DNA from: a bacterium
GTDB taxonomy: Archaea > Thermoplasmatota > E2 > JACPAO01 > JAHFTW01
Reading direction: 5' to 3'
Assembly (NCBI GenBank): GCA_040390065.1
Contig: JAZJZE010000001.1
Location: forward strand, 32,001 to 96,000
DNA length: 64,000 nucleotides
Part shown: one piece after another, positions 8,880 to 17,461 of the stretch
Numbering within the stretch: the stretch's first letter is position 1
Layout of the letters: every line of letters starts with the position of its first letter
Made by a program: the position numbers and the translations under genes
The notes under the pieces: generated by a model
Seen by the model: the letters and a program-made list of their open reading frames with translations, nothing else
Databases searched by the model: none
What the model was told of the DNA's origin: nothing

Positions 8880-9125
8880 AACGAATCCGTTGGATATATA
8901 TCTTGACCCAACGAAACCCAGGAAAGGCCGTCAATTTCGGGTGATTACTCACGAATTGGTTGGATAAACCGGGTCAAGCCCATAAGGGGAAGCACTTGGA
9001 AAAATTTGAGGAAAAACCGGCTCCGTCGGACGCCCAAATCGGCGGTTCCACAGGAAACGAAGGTCATGTTTTTGCTGCGCGGATGACCTAGTCTGATAAC
9101 AAACAAAGGGCCCGGCTTGGGGGGG
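8880..9125. promoter_or_regulatory. AT-rich intergenic region with ORB-like element (candidate replication origin / Cdc6-binding site)
   Basis: GTTCCACAGGAAACGAAGG at 9045-9063 resembles the archaeal ORB consensus; weaker partial matches at 8993-9011 and 9101-9110; visibly lower GC than flanks. Confidence 0.45.
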
Positions 9126-9272
9126 TTTTGCCCACTGCGACGGCGTGCGCCAGACCTTGTCGCCCCTGCCCGGCGTCCGGGCACCCTGCGGGGCTCGCGC
9201 TAGGCGGGAAAGGCACGGTGGCGTCGCTGCCGCTAACCAGCCGGGGCGGTTCTTGACGAAGCTCGAGGATTC

Positions 9273-9400
9273 CTGGAGGTCGTCGCGCGTCAGGATCTCG
9301 ACCTCACTGGCCTGCAGGCAGGCCAGCGGGAAGGAGTTCCTGACGGGCCGAGCCTGCGTGACTTCGTCACTGCAGGTCGTCGCGCGTCAGGATCTCCACC
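9273..9400. repeat. Direct repeat of the dnaG 3' end (23-bp exact core, 31 bp with 2 mismatches)
   Basis: AGGTCGTCGCGCGTCAGGATCTC at 9277-9299 and 9374-9396. Confidence 0.9.
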
Positions 9401-10806
9401 GTGTCCGGGACCTTCGTGACGTTGCCCATCTTGACGCCGACGACGGTCGCGATCTTCTTCTCGGCCGCGATGTCCAGAAGGCGCTGCGTGATGACGCCGT
9501 CGAAGACGACCGCGTGCACGTTGTCCTTGGCACTCTTCAACGTGTCCGCGAGTTCGCGAACCGCCAGGTCGCCCTGGACGGGCTTGCCCGTGTCGTCGAG
9601 AAGGACGGCCTTGAGGGAGCCCGACAACGTGCCGAGGATCTCCTTGAACTGGGCGCGCGGGTCGCCCTCGCGCACGGCCACGGGGGCCGCGGCCGGGGCA
9701 GCCTCGCCGCCCTCGACCTCGAACGTCTCGCCCTCGCGGCGTCCGCCACCGCGGCCACGGCGGTCGCGGCCGCGTCCACCGTCGCGGCGGTCATCGCGGC
9801 CACCCTCACGGCGGCCATCGTCGCGGCGCTCGCCACGGGGTTCTCCGCCCTCGCGGCGGCCATCCTCGCGGCGCTCCATCGGGCGCTCGGTGCGACCCTC
9901 GGGGCGGGTTTCGCCGCCCTCGCGGCGCTCGCTGCGCGGCGCGTCGCCCTCGGAACCGTCCGGCTTGCGCAGGACGATGCCCATCTGGGAGGTGAACTGC
10001 TCGGCGGTGAGCTTGTTCTTGAGGCACTTCATGACCAACTTGTGCGGCAGTTCCTCGACCTCGCGGGTCGGGGGCGCGCGGGCCACGAAGTCGACTTCGC
10101 ACGTCTGCAGGATCTCCTTCGCGATGAGCTCGCCGCCGCGGTCGCCATCGACGAAAATGATGGTGGTCTTCTCCTTGGAGAGGTCCTTGATCTCCTGCGG
10201 GATGTTCGTGCCCTCGACGGCGACGGCGTTCTTGATGCCGCACTTGAGGAGGTTGATGACGTCGTTGCGGCCCTCGACCAGGATGACCGAGTCGCTAGAG
10301 TCGACGTTGGGGCCGGCGGGAAGGCGCGTGTTGCGGAACTTCGTCACTTCGGCGACCTGGACGGCGCTGCGCACCTCGTCGGCGATTTTGGACGAGTCTT
10401 GGCCGGAGCCCTCGTTGATGGTGGACAGGAGTTCCTTGGCGCGGTCGACGACGGACTTGCGGCGGGCCTCGCGGGTGTCCTCGATGGACGTGACACGGAT
10501 GGTCGCCTTGCATGGGCCGATGCGGTCGATGGTCTCGATGCCGGCGGCGAGGATGGCCGACTCGACCTTGTCGAGGGCCGACGGCAGCATGATCGTGCCG
10601 TTGGTCTTGCCGCCGCGGGTCTCGATCTCGACTTCGACGCGGCCGATGCGGGCCGACTTCTGCAGGTCCCGCAGGTCCAACTCGTTGCCGAGCAGGCCTT
10701 CGGTCTGGCCGAAGACGGCGCCGATGATGTCTGGCTTTTCGACGACCCCGTCGGCTTGGACGGAGGCGCGGATCAGGTACTTGGTAGTGCTAGGGTCAAC
10801 GACCAT
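9367..10806 (-). CDS. dnaG: Archaeal DnaG-type primase / exosome-associated DnaG
   Basis: KYLIRA...GVVEKPDIIGAVFGQTEGLLG N-terminus, TOPRIM VEGRNDV and FVDGDRGG, C-terminal AVVFDGVITQRLLDIA. Confidence 0.95.
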   Translation of the reverse strand: MVVDPSTTKYLIRASVQADGVVEKPDIIGAVFGQTEGLLGNELDLRDLQKSARIGRVEVEIETRGGKTNGTIMLPSALDKVESAILAAGIETIDRIGPCKATIRVTSIEDTREARRKSVVDRAKELLSTINEGSGQDSSKIADEVRSAVQVAEVTKFRNTRLPAGPNVDSSDSVILVEGRNDVINLLKCGIKNAVAVEGTNIPQEIKDLSKEKTTIIFVDGDRGGELIAKEILQTCEVDFVARAPPTREVEELPHKLVMKCLKNKLTAEQFTSQMGIVLRKPDGSEGDAPRSERREGGETRPEGRTERPMERREDGRREGGEPRGERRDDGRREGGRDDRRDGGRGRDRRGRGGGRREGETFEVEGGEAAPAAAPVAVREGDPRAQFKEILGTLSGSLKAVLLDDTGKPVQGDLAVRELADTLKSAKDNVHAVVFDGVITQRLLDIAAEKKIATVVGVKMGNVTKVPDTVEILTRDDLQ

Positions 10807-11068
10807 GGAGTTCAGTCTCTTGGGACCGACTTGTCCTGGGTGTCACGCCGACGTCCATCGGCTGGTGCCCGGCGGCGCCCAAGTGGGGGCGTGGCGGGGC
10901 GAACCGTACGGGCAAAGCCCGTGAGGAATGTGATGAGTGGCTTGTAAGGCCAAGAGACACCCAGGGGGTCTGTCTCCGGGTTCCACGTGAACCCTAGGTT
11001 GGCTTAAGGTTTGGGAAGTCCGGGGCGCCAGGAGGCGGACAGGGGGCGCTCGTCCACCCCTCGCCCGG

Positions 11069-11383
11069 TTACCCCTCGTCAGCCAGCCGGCGGACGTAGC
11101 GGTCGGCGTAGTCCCAGAGGCGCCCGGCGTCGAGGTCGTCGTACGCGTGGGCCAGCCGGACGCGAAGGCCGCGCAGGTTGCGCCAGTCGATGTCCACATC
11201 GGGGTGGTCGTCGCCCAAACGGGTGGCCACCTCGCCAAGAAGCTCCAACGTCCGTTCCAGGACGCGTTGCTTGGTCTTGTCCCGAAGGACGTCCTGCTTG
11301 CTCCACTTCGTGATGTAGCCGACAATTTCGGCGGCCAGCTCCCGCAGTTCGCGCAGATCCTCTTCATGGGTCTGGGCCGACAA
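11069..11383 (-). CDS. HepT-like (DUF86/HEPN) ribonuclease toxin
   Basis: ERTLELLGEVA, IDWRNLRGLRVRLAHAY (R-x4-H-x-Y); TTG start overlapping the MNT gene inferred. Confidence 0.85.
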   Translation of the reverse strand: MSAQTHEEDLRELRELAAEIVGYITKWSKQDVLRDKTKQRVLERTLELLGEVATRLGDDHPDVDIDWRNLRGLRVRLAHAYDDLDAGRLWDYADRYVRRLADEG

Positions 11384-11786
11384 GCGCCACCCCGTCCTCC
11401 CTGATGTGCTTCCAAAGGCGACTCTCCGGGCGAGGCAGGTCGCCCAGGTCAACCTTGACTCCGAACAGGTCGGAGAACTCGTCCTGGAGTTGGAAGAGCT
11501 CGGTGATGTCGCCGGTCTTGGGCATCTCCACGACGAGGTCGAGGTCGCTTGCCGGATGCCGGTCGTCGCGGACTCGGCTGCCGAACGCGATGAGGCGCGT
11601 CACCTTGTGTGCCTTGCAGATTTCCTCGGCCTTCTTGCGGTGGGCCCTCCACAGGTCCTGGGCCATGGGCGTCGCATCGCGCAGGACGCGCCGGATGTAA
11701 GCGTCAAGGCTGGGGGAAGTGAAACGGTCGCGACCCTGCGCCAGGATGTCCCGCGTGGCGTCGGAGACGAGGATCGTCGTGTTCAT
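11364..11786 (-). CDS. MNT (minimal nucleotidyltransferase) antitoxin with N-terminal DNA-binding-like extension
   Basis: FGSRVRDDRHPASDLDL (GS-x10-DxD) and KVDL; upstream of HEPN gene. Confidence 0.88.
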   Translation of the reverse strand: MNTTILVSDATRDILAQGRDRFTSPSLDAYIRRVLRDATPMAQDLWRAHRKKAEEICKAHKVTRLIAFGSRVRDDRHPASDLDLVVEMPKTGDITELFQLQDEFSDLFGVKVDLGDLPRPESRLWKHIREDGVALVGPDP

Positions 11787-11824
11787 GGCTTGTATATGGA
11801 ATATGGAACATATGTGCTTTGACT

Positions 11825-12040
11825 TTAGGGGCCATCTCTGAGGCGCTCCTGGGCGGCCTGCAGGGCGCGCGGGTAGTCGGCTTGGAACGGGGCCAACTCC
11901 CTCTCAAGCACGCTGCACAGATTCCAGAGCGCGCGCTTCTCGGCTTGGTCTCGAAAGGCGACGCTCCCAGTGTCGCTGAAGTTCTGGAGCCAGTCGAACA
12001 GTACGAATGCCTCGTCGTCGGTAAGAGGAATGGACGGCAC
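11825..12040 (-). CDS. Small acidic helical hypothetical protein
   Basis: 71-aa ORF LTDDEAFVLFDWL...DQAEKRALWNL..LERELAPF..DY; protein-like composition. Confidence 0.65.
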   Translation of the reverse strand: MPSIPLTDDEAFVLFDWLQNFSDTGSVAFRDQAEKRALWNLCSVLERELAPFQADYPRALQAAQERLRDGP

Positions 12041-12086
12041 AGCCGAGTGACCGTCGCGCGGCGAATACGGGTCCCGGCCTCGGGGG

Positions 12087-12293
12087 CTGCTCGCGAGCGT
12101 AGCGAGCAGACGGCGCTGAGCGGAGCGTAGCGAACGCGAGGCTCGAGAGGAGCCGAGTGCCCTCAGCGAGCGAAGCGATGCTGTGGCACGATGGCGAGCG
12201 GCCCCCGTCTCCTCCGAGGGGTCTGGGGCCCGGAGGGCCCCAGAGTCGGGCCGCCCTTGCGGACGACGAAATGGGTTCCGAGCGAAGCGAAGG
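12087..12293. repeat. REP/MITE-like palindromic element with GAGCG(A/T)AGCGA units
   Basis: Hairpin CTGCTCGC-GAGCGTA-GCGAGCAG at 12087-12109; further GAGCG(T/A)AGCGA copies at ~12123, ~12168, ~12280; CTGGGGCCC-GGA-GGGCCCCAG hairpin at ~12223-12243. Confidence 0.6.
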
Positions 12294-12310
12294 ACTCCCG
12301 TTTCGTCGCG

Positions 12311-13288
12311 TTAGAACCCGAGCGTGATCTTTCCGCCCTTCTTCAGCTCGTCCAGCGCCTTCTCCTTGTAGCGGTCGATGGCGTTCGGGTCGGAGACGTT
12401 GCGGCGGGCCGTCGTGTTGACCTGCTGGATCTCCTTGCGTTCCGCGTCGAACTGCGCCTTGCGCTCGTTGCGGATGGACATGACCTTCTCGCGCATTTCC
12501 ATGCCCTTGTTGTGGCAGTCGTCGGCCTTCTCCTTGCACGCGACGAATTCGGCGTGCTTCTTGTTGGCTTCCTGGACGAGGACGCGGATCTCTTTCACGC
12601 CGGCGATGAACTTCTCGTGGTGCGCGCTGGCTTCCTTGAGGGCGGCAACGACGTGGCCGTGCTCTTCGTCGGCCTTGGCAAAGAGCGCGTCGATGGAGCC
12701 GTCCGTGTCGGCCATCTCGACCTCGACGGACTTCTGCTTCTTCAGCTCGGATTCCTTCTCCTTGAGTTCGAGCCACAGGTCGCGGATCTTCTCGACCAGG
12801 ACCTTCTCCTTCGACGGGGACATGATGGTGGTCTGCTGCTGCTCGACCATCGCCTGGATGTCATTGCGCAGTTTGCGGACCGTCAGGGGAAGCGAGCGCT
12901 CGACGGCGGCGGCGCCGGCCTTGCCCTTCTTGGCGGCGATGAGCGCCTTGGCCTGGTCCTGGTACGCGTTCCGGAGCTCCTTGTGCTGTCGCATGACCTC
13001 GTTGGCGGCGTCGCGGGCGACTTTGTGCTGCTCGATCTCCTCCGACTTGACGCGGCGGGACTCGTTCAGGAGGTCGCGGTCTGTCCGCGCCTTCTTGGCG
13101 AGTTCGTTCATCTCGTTGCGCGTGTCCAAGAGGGAGTTGAACTTGGCTTGCAGGTTGCGCACGTCGGCCTCGCCCAGCGGCGCGGCAGGTGCGGCGTCCG
13201 CGGGGGCTGTTGCGGCGGCGGGGGCGGCAGGGGCGGCCTTCTTCTCGGGGGCGGTCGTGGTCTGGCCTGGGGCCTCTGCAGCGGTCAT
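12311..13288 (-). CDS. Archaeal coiled-coil protein (COG1340-like)
   Basis: Long heptad-rich K/E sequence, QTT.MS..KE..LV..I, A...HE motifs, C-terminal KKGGKITL. Confidence 0.8.
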   Translation of the reverse strand: MTAAEAPGQTTTAPEKKAAPAAPAAATAPADAAPAAPLGEADVRNLQAKFNSLLDTRNEMNELAKKARTDRDLLNESRRVKSEEIEQHKVARDAANEVMRQHKELRNAYQDQAKALIAAKKGKAGAAAVERSLPLTVRKLRNDIQAMVEQQQTTIMSPSKEKVLVEKIRDLWLELKEKESELKKQKSVEVEMADTDGSIDALFAKADEEHGHVVAALKEASAHHEKFIAGVKEIRVLVQEANKKHAEFVACKEKADDCHNKGMEMREKVMSIRNERKAQFDAERKEIQQVNTTARRNVSDPNAIDRYKEKALDELKKGGKITLGF

Positions 13289-13393
13289 CGTGCGTCAATC
13301 CTGCCCAGGGGTTTCCCACTGGGCAATCCTGGCCCAGGAAAAGCCCCGTTTAAAGGCTGCGTTCGAGGTACCCCGAGCGGCGCGGCGCCGTGC

Positions 13394-15229
13394 TCACGCG
13401 AGAAACACTTGCACTTTGACCTGGTTCTTGCCGGCGCCCGCCGTCCACGGCAGCAGGGCGCTCTTCTGCCCCTTGGCGGGGACGTCGATGCGTTGTTCGA
13501 GGGTCGGCTTGCCGTCGAGGAGGAGGACGACGCGTAGCGTGGCCGGGATGCCGCCCGCGTTGTGGATTGTCGCCGTCGTCGTGACCGTCGCCCCCGGCCG
13601 AGGCGCGGCGGGGTCGTGGCGGACCTCCGCAAGTTGGATGTCGCGCGCGCTTGCGTAGCCCGTGTGGGCTGCGGCCTCGACGGTGACCTTGACGTGTGCG
13701 CGGTGGGCCGGATGCTCGGCGCCCTGGCTGTCGAGGGGCACCACGTCGAACTCAACGGTCTCGCGCTCCTTGCTGGCGGCGTCCGCCGGGACCTGGATGC
13801 GCAGTGTCCCCGACACCGGGCCCGGCGTGTCGCCGCCGAGAGCCATGTCGACGGGCGTCCCGGGGTCGACGCGTTCGCTGCGACCCATCTGCAGGCCGGC
13901 GCGCCAAGACCGGCCTTCGCCGCGCAGGGTGCCGCGGGCCATGAATGTCCGCTTGCGGCGAGGTGTGAGTTCGACCTTGAACTCGGCGGTGCCGCCCGGC
14001 GCCATGACGACGCGCTTGGGCGTCACTTGGAGCCGGACCCAGGGGTTTCGCGTCAGGAACATGATGAGGTAGACGGCGACGATGGCGACGAGGAGGAATG
14101 CCGCGAGAAGTGCAAGTTCGGCGAAGTCGCCCAGCGGCTTGTCGAGGCCCATCCCCTTGGCAAGCGGTGTCAGGAACCCGAGTTGTTCGGGCACGGGCGT
14201 GCGCGTCGTGGGCGGTGGCGGCGTCGGATGCGACAAGTCGACGATCGTGCGCGCTTCCACGGTGGCGGCCCCGCCGCGCGTGCTCGTGGCCTGCACTTGG
14301 ACGTCGAGGTTGCCGCCCGGATGGTTATGCAATGTGAGCGTGAGGGTGAGCGTGCCTTTCGCGCCGTGCCCCAGGCTCAAGGTGGTGCGGTCGAGGACGG
14401 GTTGGCCGAAGGACGGTTGGTTGGCGATGCCGAAGTTGACGGTGTCGGCGTCCGTGCCGCTGTTCGTGGCTTCGATGTGGAAGACGATGCTGGCGTTGCC
14501 GTCATGGACGGTCACCTGGCGGCCCGAGAATGCGTCGTCCTCGAACGTGTTGGGGCACGAACCCGTGGGCGGGCACGTCGTGTGCTGGTGCACGGAGCCG
14601 CCCGTGATCGTCACCTGCAGGCCGGCCTGGATGGCGGTGCGCGGGATGGTAAACGGCCCGGCCACGCCGGAATCCGGTGCCAAGTCCGTGCCAGTCGTGT
14701 CGTCCTGCGTGACCGCGCCAGGCGCGCTGCCTGGATCTGTGTCCTGCGTCGAGACCGTGAAGTTGCCGAGCTGGTCCCCACCGACGGCCCCGACGGCCAC
14801 AAGCGGCATGGTGACGGCGAGGTTGGTGCCTTGCGCCTGGGAACGTGCGCCCGTGACGCCGCTCACAACGCCGTTCAGGACCGAAAGTGTGTACGCCGCC
14901 CCTTGCGCCGTGCTGGACTCGAGACTCGTCGGGCCGTGCGAGACGGTGAAGTGGAGGGTGACGGTCTCGCTGGCCGTGACCGCGGCCGTCGTCGCCACCG
15001 TCAACGTGAGGTTGCCGAGCGCCACGTCGCCCGTCAAGCGCAGGATGTCCGTCTGCGCCATCGACGGCGGCTGGACGGCAAGCGGTCCCGGCGTCACGGC
15101 TTGGTCGCCGGGGGGATCCGTCACGATGGGCGGGCAGCCGCCGGGGCACGCCGTCTGGGCGCTTGCCGGGGCAAGGGTGGCCAGTAGCACTCCCAGGCCC
15201 AACCCAAGCGCAAGCAGGCTCCTCCGCAT
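13394..15229 (-). CDS. Secreted/membrane protein: Ig-like extracellular domains, one TM, C-terminal Ig/CARDB-like domains
   Basis: Signal peptide PASA|Q, TDPPGD...TDIL motif, TM LALLAAFLLVAIVAVYLIMFL, C-terminal TTTATIHNAGG...WTAGAG. Confidence 0.75.
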   Translation of the reverse strand: MRRSLLALGLGLGVLLATLAPASAQTACPGGCPPIVTDPPGDQAVTPGPLAVQPPSMAQTDILRLTGDVALGNLTLTVATTAAVTASETVTLHFTVSHGPTSLESSTAQGAAYTLSVLNGVVSGVTGARSQAQGTNLAVTMPLVAVGAVGGDQLGNFTVSTQDTDPGSAPGAVTQDDTTGTDLAPDSGVAGPFTIPRTAIQAGLQVTITGGSVHQHTTCPPTGSCPNTFEDDAFSGRQVTVHDGNASIVFHIEATNSGTDADTVNFGIANQPSFGQPVLDRTTLSLGHGAKGTLTLTLTLHNHPGGNLDVQVQATSTRGGAATVEARTIVDLSHPTPPPPTTRTPVPEQLGFLTPLAKGMGLDKPLGDFAELALLAAFLLVAIVAVYLIMFLTRNPWVRLQVTPKRVVMAPGGTAEFKVELTPRRKRTFMARGTLRGEGRSWRAGLQMGRSERVDPGTPVDMALGGDTPGPVSGTLRIQVPADAASKERETVEFDVVPLDSQGAEHPAHRAHVKVTVEAAAHTGYASARDIQLAEVRHDPAAPRPGATVTTTATIHNAGGIPATLRVVLLLDGKPTLEQRIDVPAKGQKSALLPWTAGAGKNQVKVQVFLA

Positions 15230-15249
15230 CCAATCCCAGGGTGGCCGAC

Positions 15250-15270
15250 TGCCATATAAATATTAAAAGC
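15250..15270. promoter_or_regulatory. Divergent TATA boxes
   Basis: ATATAAATATTAAAA located about 25 nt from the starts of the divergent genes at 15229 and 15293. Confidence 0.65.
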
Positions 15271-15292
15271 CGACCGCCTTGCGCCAACCAGC

Positions 15293-15571
15293 ATGGCCGA
15301 CGCGGAACTCACCAAACGCCTCGTCAAGATCCTGACCGAGCTCGAGGAGCGCTTCGCCCAGGGCACGATGAGCCTGCGCGAGATGACGGCCCTCGTCGAG
15401 AAAGAGAAGATCCCGCACCTCGATGGATACCTGCGCCGCGCCGGCGCCCTCGACTACCAATCCCCGAAGCGTTTCTTCCAGGCCGGCCCCGACCTGAAGA
15501 GCGTGCGCGACGCCCTCAAGAAGGGCAAAGTCCCGCGCGGCCTCGAAGGCCTTCTCGGCAGTGCCACGTAG
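15293..15571 (+). CDS. Small hypothetical protein
   Basis: 92 aa, strong GC3 codon bias, TATA upstream. Confidence 0.75.
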   Translation: MADAELTKRLVKILTELEERFAQGTMSLREMTALVEKEKIPHLDGYLRRAGALDYQSPKRFFQAGPDLKSVRDALKKGKVPRGLEGLLGSAT

Positions 15572-15635
15572 AGCAGCACCGTCGCTTCAACGACACCGCT
15601 AGGTTCCTTATCCAACCCTGCCCGGGTGCCCCAAC

Positions 15636-16166
15636 GTGCAGAGGGTCGTCCTTCTCCTCGCCGCGGCCATCCTTGCCGGCTGCGCTGCGCCGCAACCCTC
15701 AGTCCCAACGCCCGAACTCCAGCGCCACTCCGAGCCCGTCGACGCCACCGTGACCGTTCGCCACTTCAACGGCACGTTCGACCTCGCCCTGTGGCAGGTT
15801 GCGGCCGATCGCATGGCGGTCGCCCGCAGCGGACCAAACTGCGTGGGCCTCGACGCGGCAGACATCCTCGTAGGCCGGGCCACCGTCCGGTGGACGCCGA
15901 CCGTGCCGGCCACGCCGATGGAACTCGTCCTGGCCGACGAAGGGACCCTGCATGGTCTGGCGACGGGAACGGGCACCATCACGCTCAACATCCGCGCCTT
16001 CAACGAGACCGGGGCGCGTTTCGAGCCGCTTCTGGCTTGGCAGATCAGCGCCGACCGGCCGGCTGGGGTCGTCGACGAGCATGGCGTGCTCGAGCTGGAT
16101 TTCGATTATCGGGCCTCCCGCGACGCGCATCCCGCCACGGGCGGCGGCTGCGCGGTCTATCACTAG
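15636..16166 (+). CDS. Lipoprotein of unknown function
   Basis: Lipobox ILAGC after hydrophobic N-terminus. Confidence 0.7.
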   Translation: MQRVVLLLAAAILAGCAAPQPSVPTPELQRHSEPVDATVTVRHFNGTFDLALWQVAADRMAVARSGPNCVGLDAADILVGRATVRWTPTVPATPMELVLADEGTLHGLATGTGTITLNIRAFNETGARFEPLLAWQISADRPAGVVDEHGVLELDFDYRASRDAHPATGGGCAVYH

Positions 16167-16169
16167 GTG

Positions 16170-16541
16170 TTATGCGCAGCAGACCGACTGCTCTCCATGC
16201 GCGCTGGCCCACTCCATCAATGGAGCAACTGCGGCAAGCAGTCGCCGGCCCTTCGCCGTGAGCGAGTACTCGACGCGGGGCGGGACTTCGGCGAAGGCGT
16301 GGCGGGTGACGATGCCGTGCGTTTGCAGGGCCGCAAGCGTGTCCGAGAGGGTCTTCGGGCTGACGCCTTCGAGCTCCTGCTGCAGGCGGTTGAAGCGGAC
16401 GGGTTCGCGGTTGCCGATCGTGGCGACGAGGCAGAGCGTCCACTTCTTGCCGATGAGTTCGATGACGCCGTCCGTCGGGCAGGCGCAGGTCGGGAGTTTC
16501 GTGAGTTGGCGTGCCACTTCAGGGTGGGGAAGTTCCTTCAT
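16170..16541 (-). CDS. HxlR-family winged-helix regulator
   Basis: CP...IGKKW, RFNRLQ..L.GVSPKTLS..L, EVPPRVEYSLTAKG. Confidence 0.9.
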   Translation of the reverse strand: MKELPHPEVARQLTKLPTCACPTDGVIELIGKKWTLCLVATIGNREPVRFNRLQQELEGVSPKTLSDTLAALQTHGIVTRHAFAEVPPRVEYSLTAKGRRLLAAVAPLMEWASAHGEQSVCCA

Positions 16542-16686
16542 CACTTCAAACTTTGTAGTATAAGGCTCCGACCGACATGCATGCCTTCGGAGGTGACCCA
16601 TGATCGGACCCGGTGACTGCTGCGGCGGCTTGTGCTGCTGATCGTTGAATACGGTCCTTTTCCTTTCTTCCCCGCCTGCCGCCGCG

Positions 16687-16763
16687 GGTCAACAGATAGA
16701 ACAGATGAAACCGATGCCCGATCACGCTGCCCATATCGGTTCAATCTGTTTCATCTGTTGACC
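16687..16763. repeat. Imperfect 77-bp inverted repeat built from 9-bp AAC(A/C)GAT units
   Basis: GGTC-AACAGATAG-AACAGATGA-AACCGAT ... ATCGGTTCA-ATCTGTTTC-ATCTGTT-GACC. Confidence 0.85.
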
Positions 16764-16969
16764 GTCCGGCCATGGCAAGGCAAACCGCTAAGCGTCCACG
16801 CACCATCCCAAGCTTGCCGGTCTGACCCCCGGCCCCGGCGGCGCCACGTTTTCCCGGTCCGCTGGCTGCCCCCCAGAGCGCCTTGCGGCGTGCGGGGGGC
16901 TTCAATCCCTTTCACCCGATTTTTCGCACCGGACGCAACGGCTATGCCGGCCGCCCGGTCTCGACGCGC

Positions 16970-17461
16970 GTGCTTCGCGGCGTTCCCATCGCGTTCCTGC
17001 TCGCCGTCGTCCTCGCCGGCTGCGCGTCGTCTAGTCCGCCGACGTCCAACCCGCCTGCAACCGCATGTGACGAATCGCTATGGGACCACGTCTACCACCC
17101 CGATCGCCTGAAAGACCCCGACCCCGCCGTCCACCACAAGTGCCTGACCGTGACCGGGACGGTGCGCAACGTCCTGCACGAGGCCGACGGCGACGACCAC
17201 ATCCGTCTGCACGTCGACGCCGGCTTCGAGGGCCTTCTCAACGACAAGAACCGCTCGGAACAACAGGGTGACCTCGTGGTCGAACCCATGTGCGTCGGCA
17301 CCGTCACGCAAGACGACGCGAAGGACGCATGCAGCACCTTCCACAACCAGGTCACGATCCCCAGGATCGGCGACCACGTCACCGTCGTCGGCGTGCACGT
17401 CCTCGACAACCAGCACGGCTGGATGGAACTCCACCCAGTGACCAGCATCACGGTCGGCTAG
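16970..17461 (+). CDS. Lipoprotein with His/Asp-rich conserved-looking beta domain
   Basis: Lipobox VLAGC; HVYHPDRL, EADGDDHI, LVVE, HGWMELHPV motifs. Confidence 0.75.
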   Translation: MLRGVPIAFLLAVVLAGCASSSPPTSNPPATACDESLWDHVYHPDRLKDPDPAVHHKCLTVTGTVRNVLHEADGDDHIRLHVDAGFEGLLNDKNRSEQQGDLVVEPMCVGTVTQDDAKDACSTFHNQVTIPRIGDHVTVVGVHVLDNQHGWMELHPVTSITVG

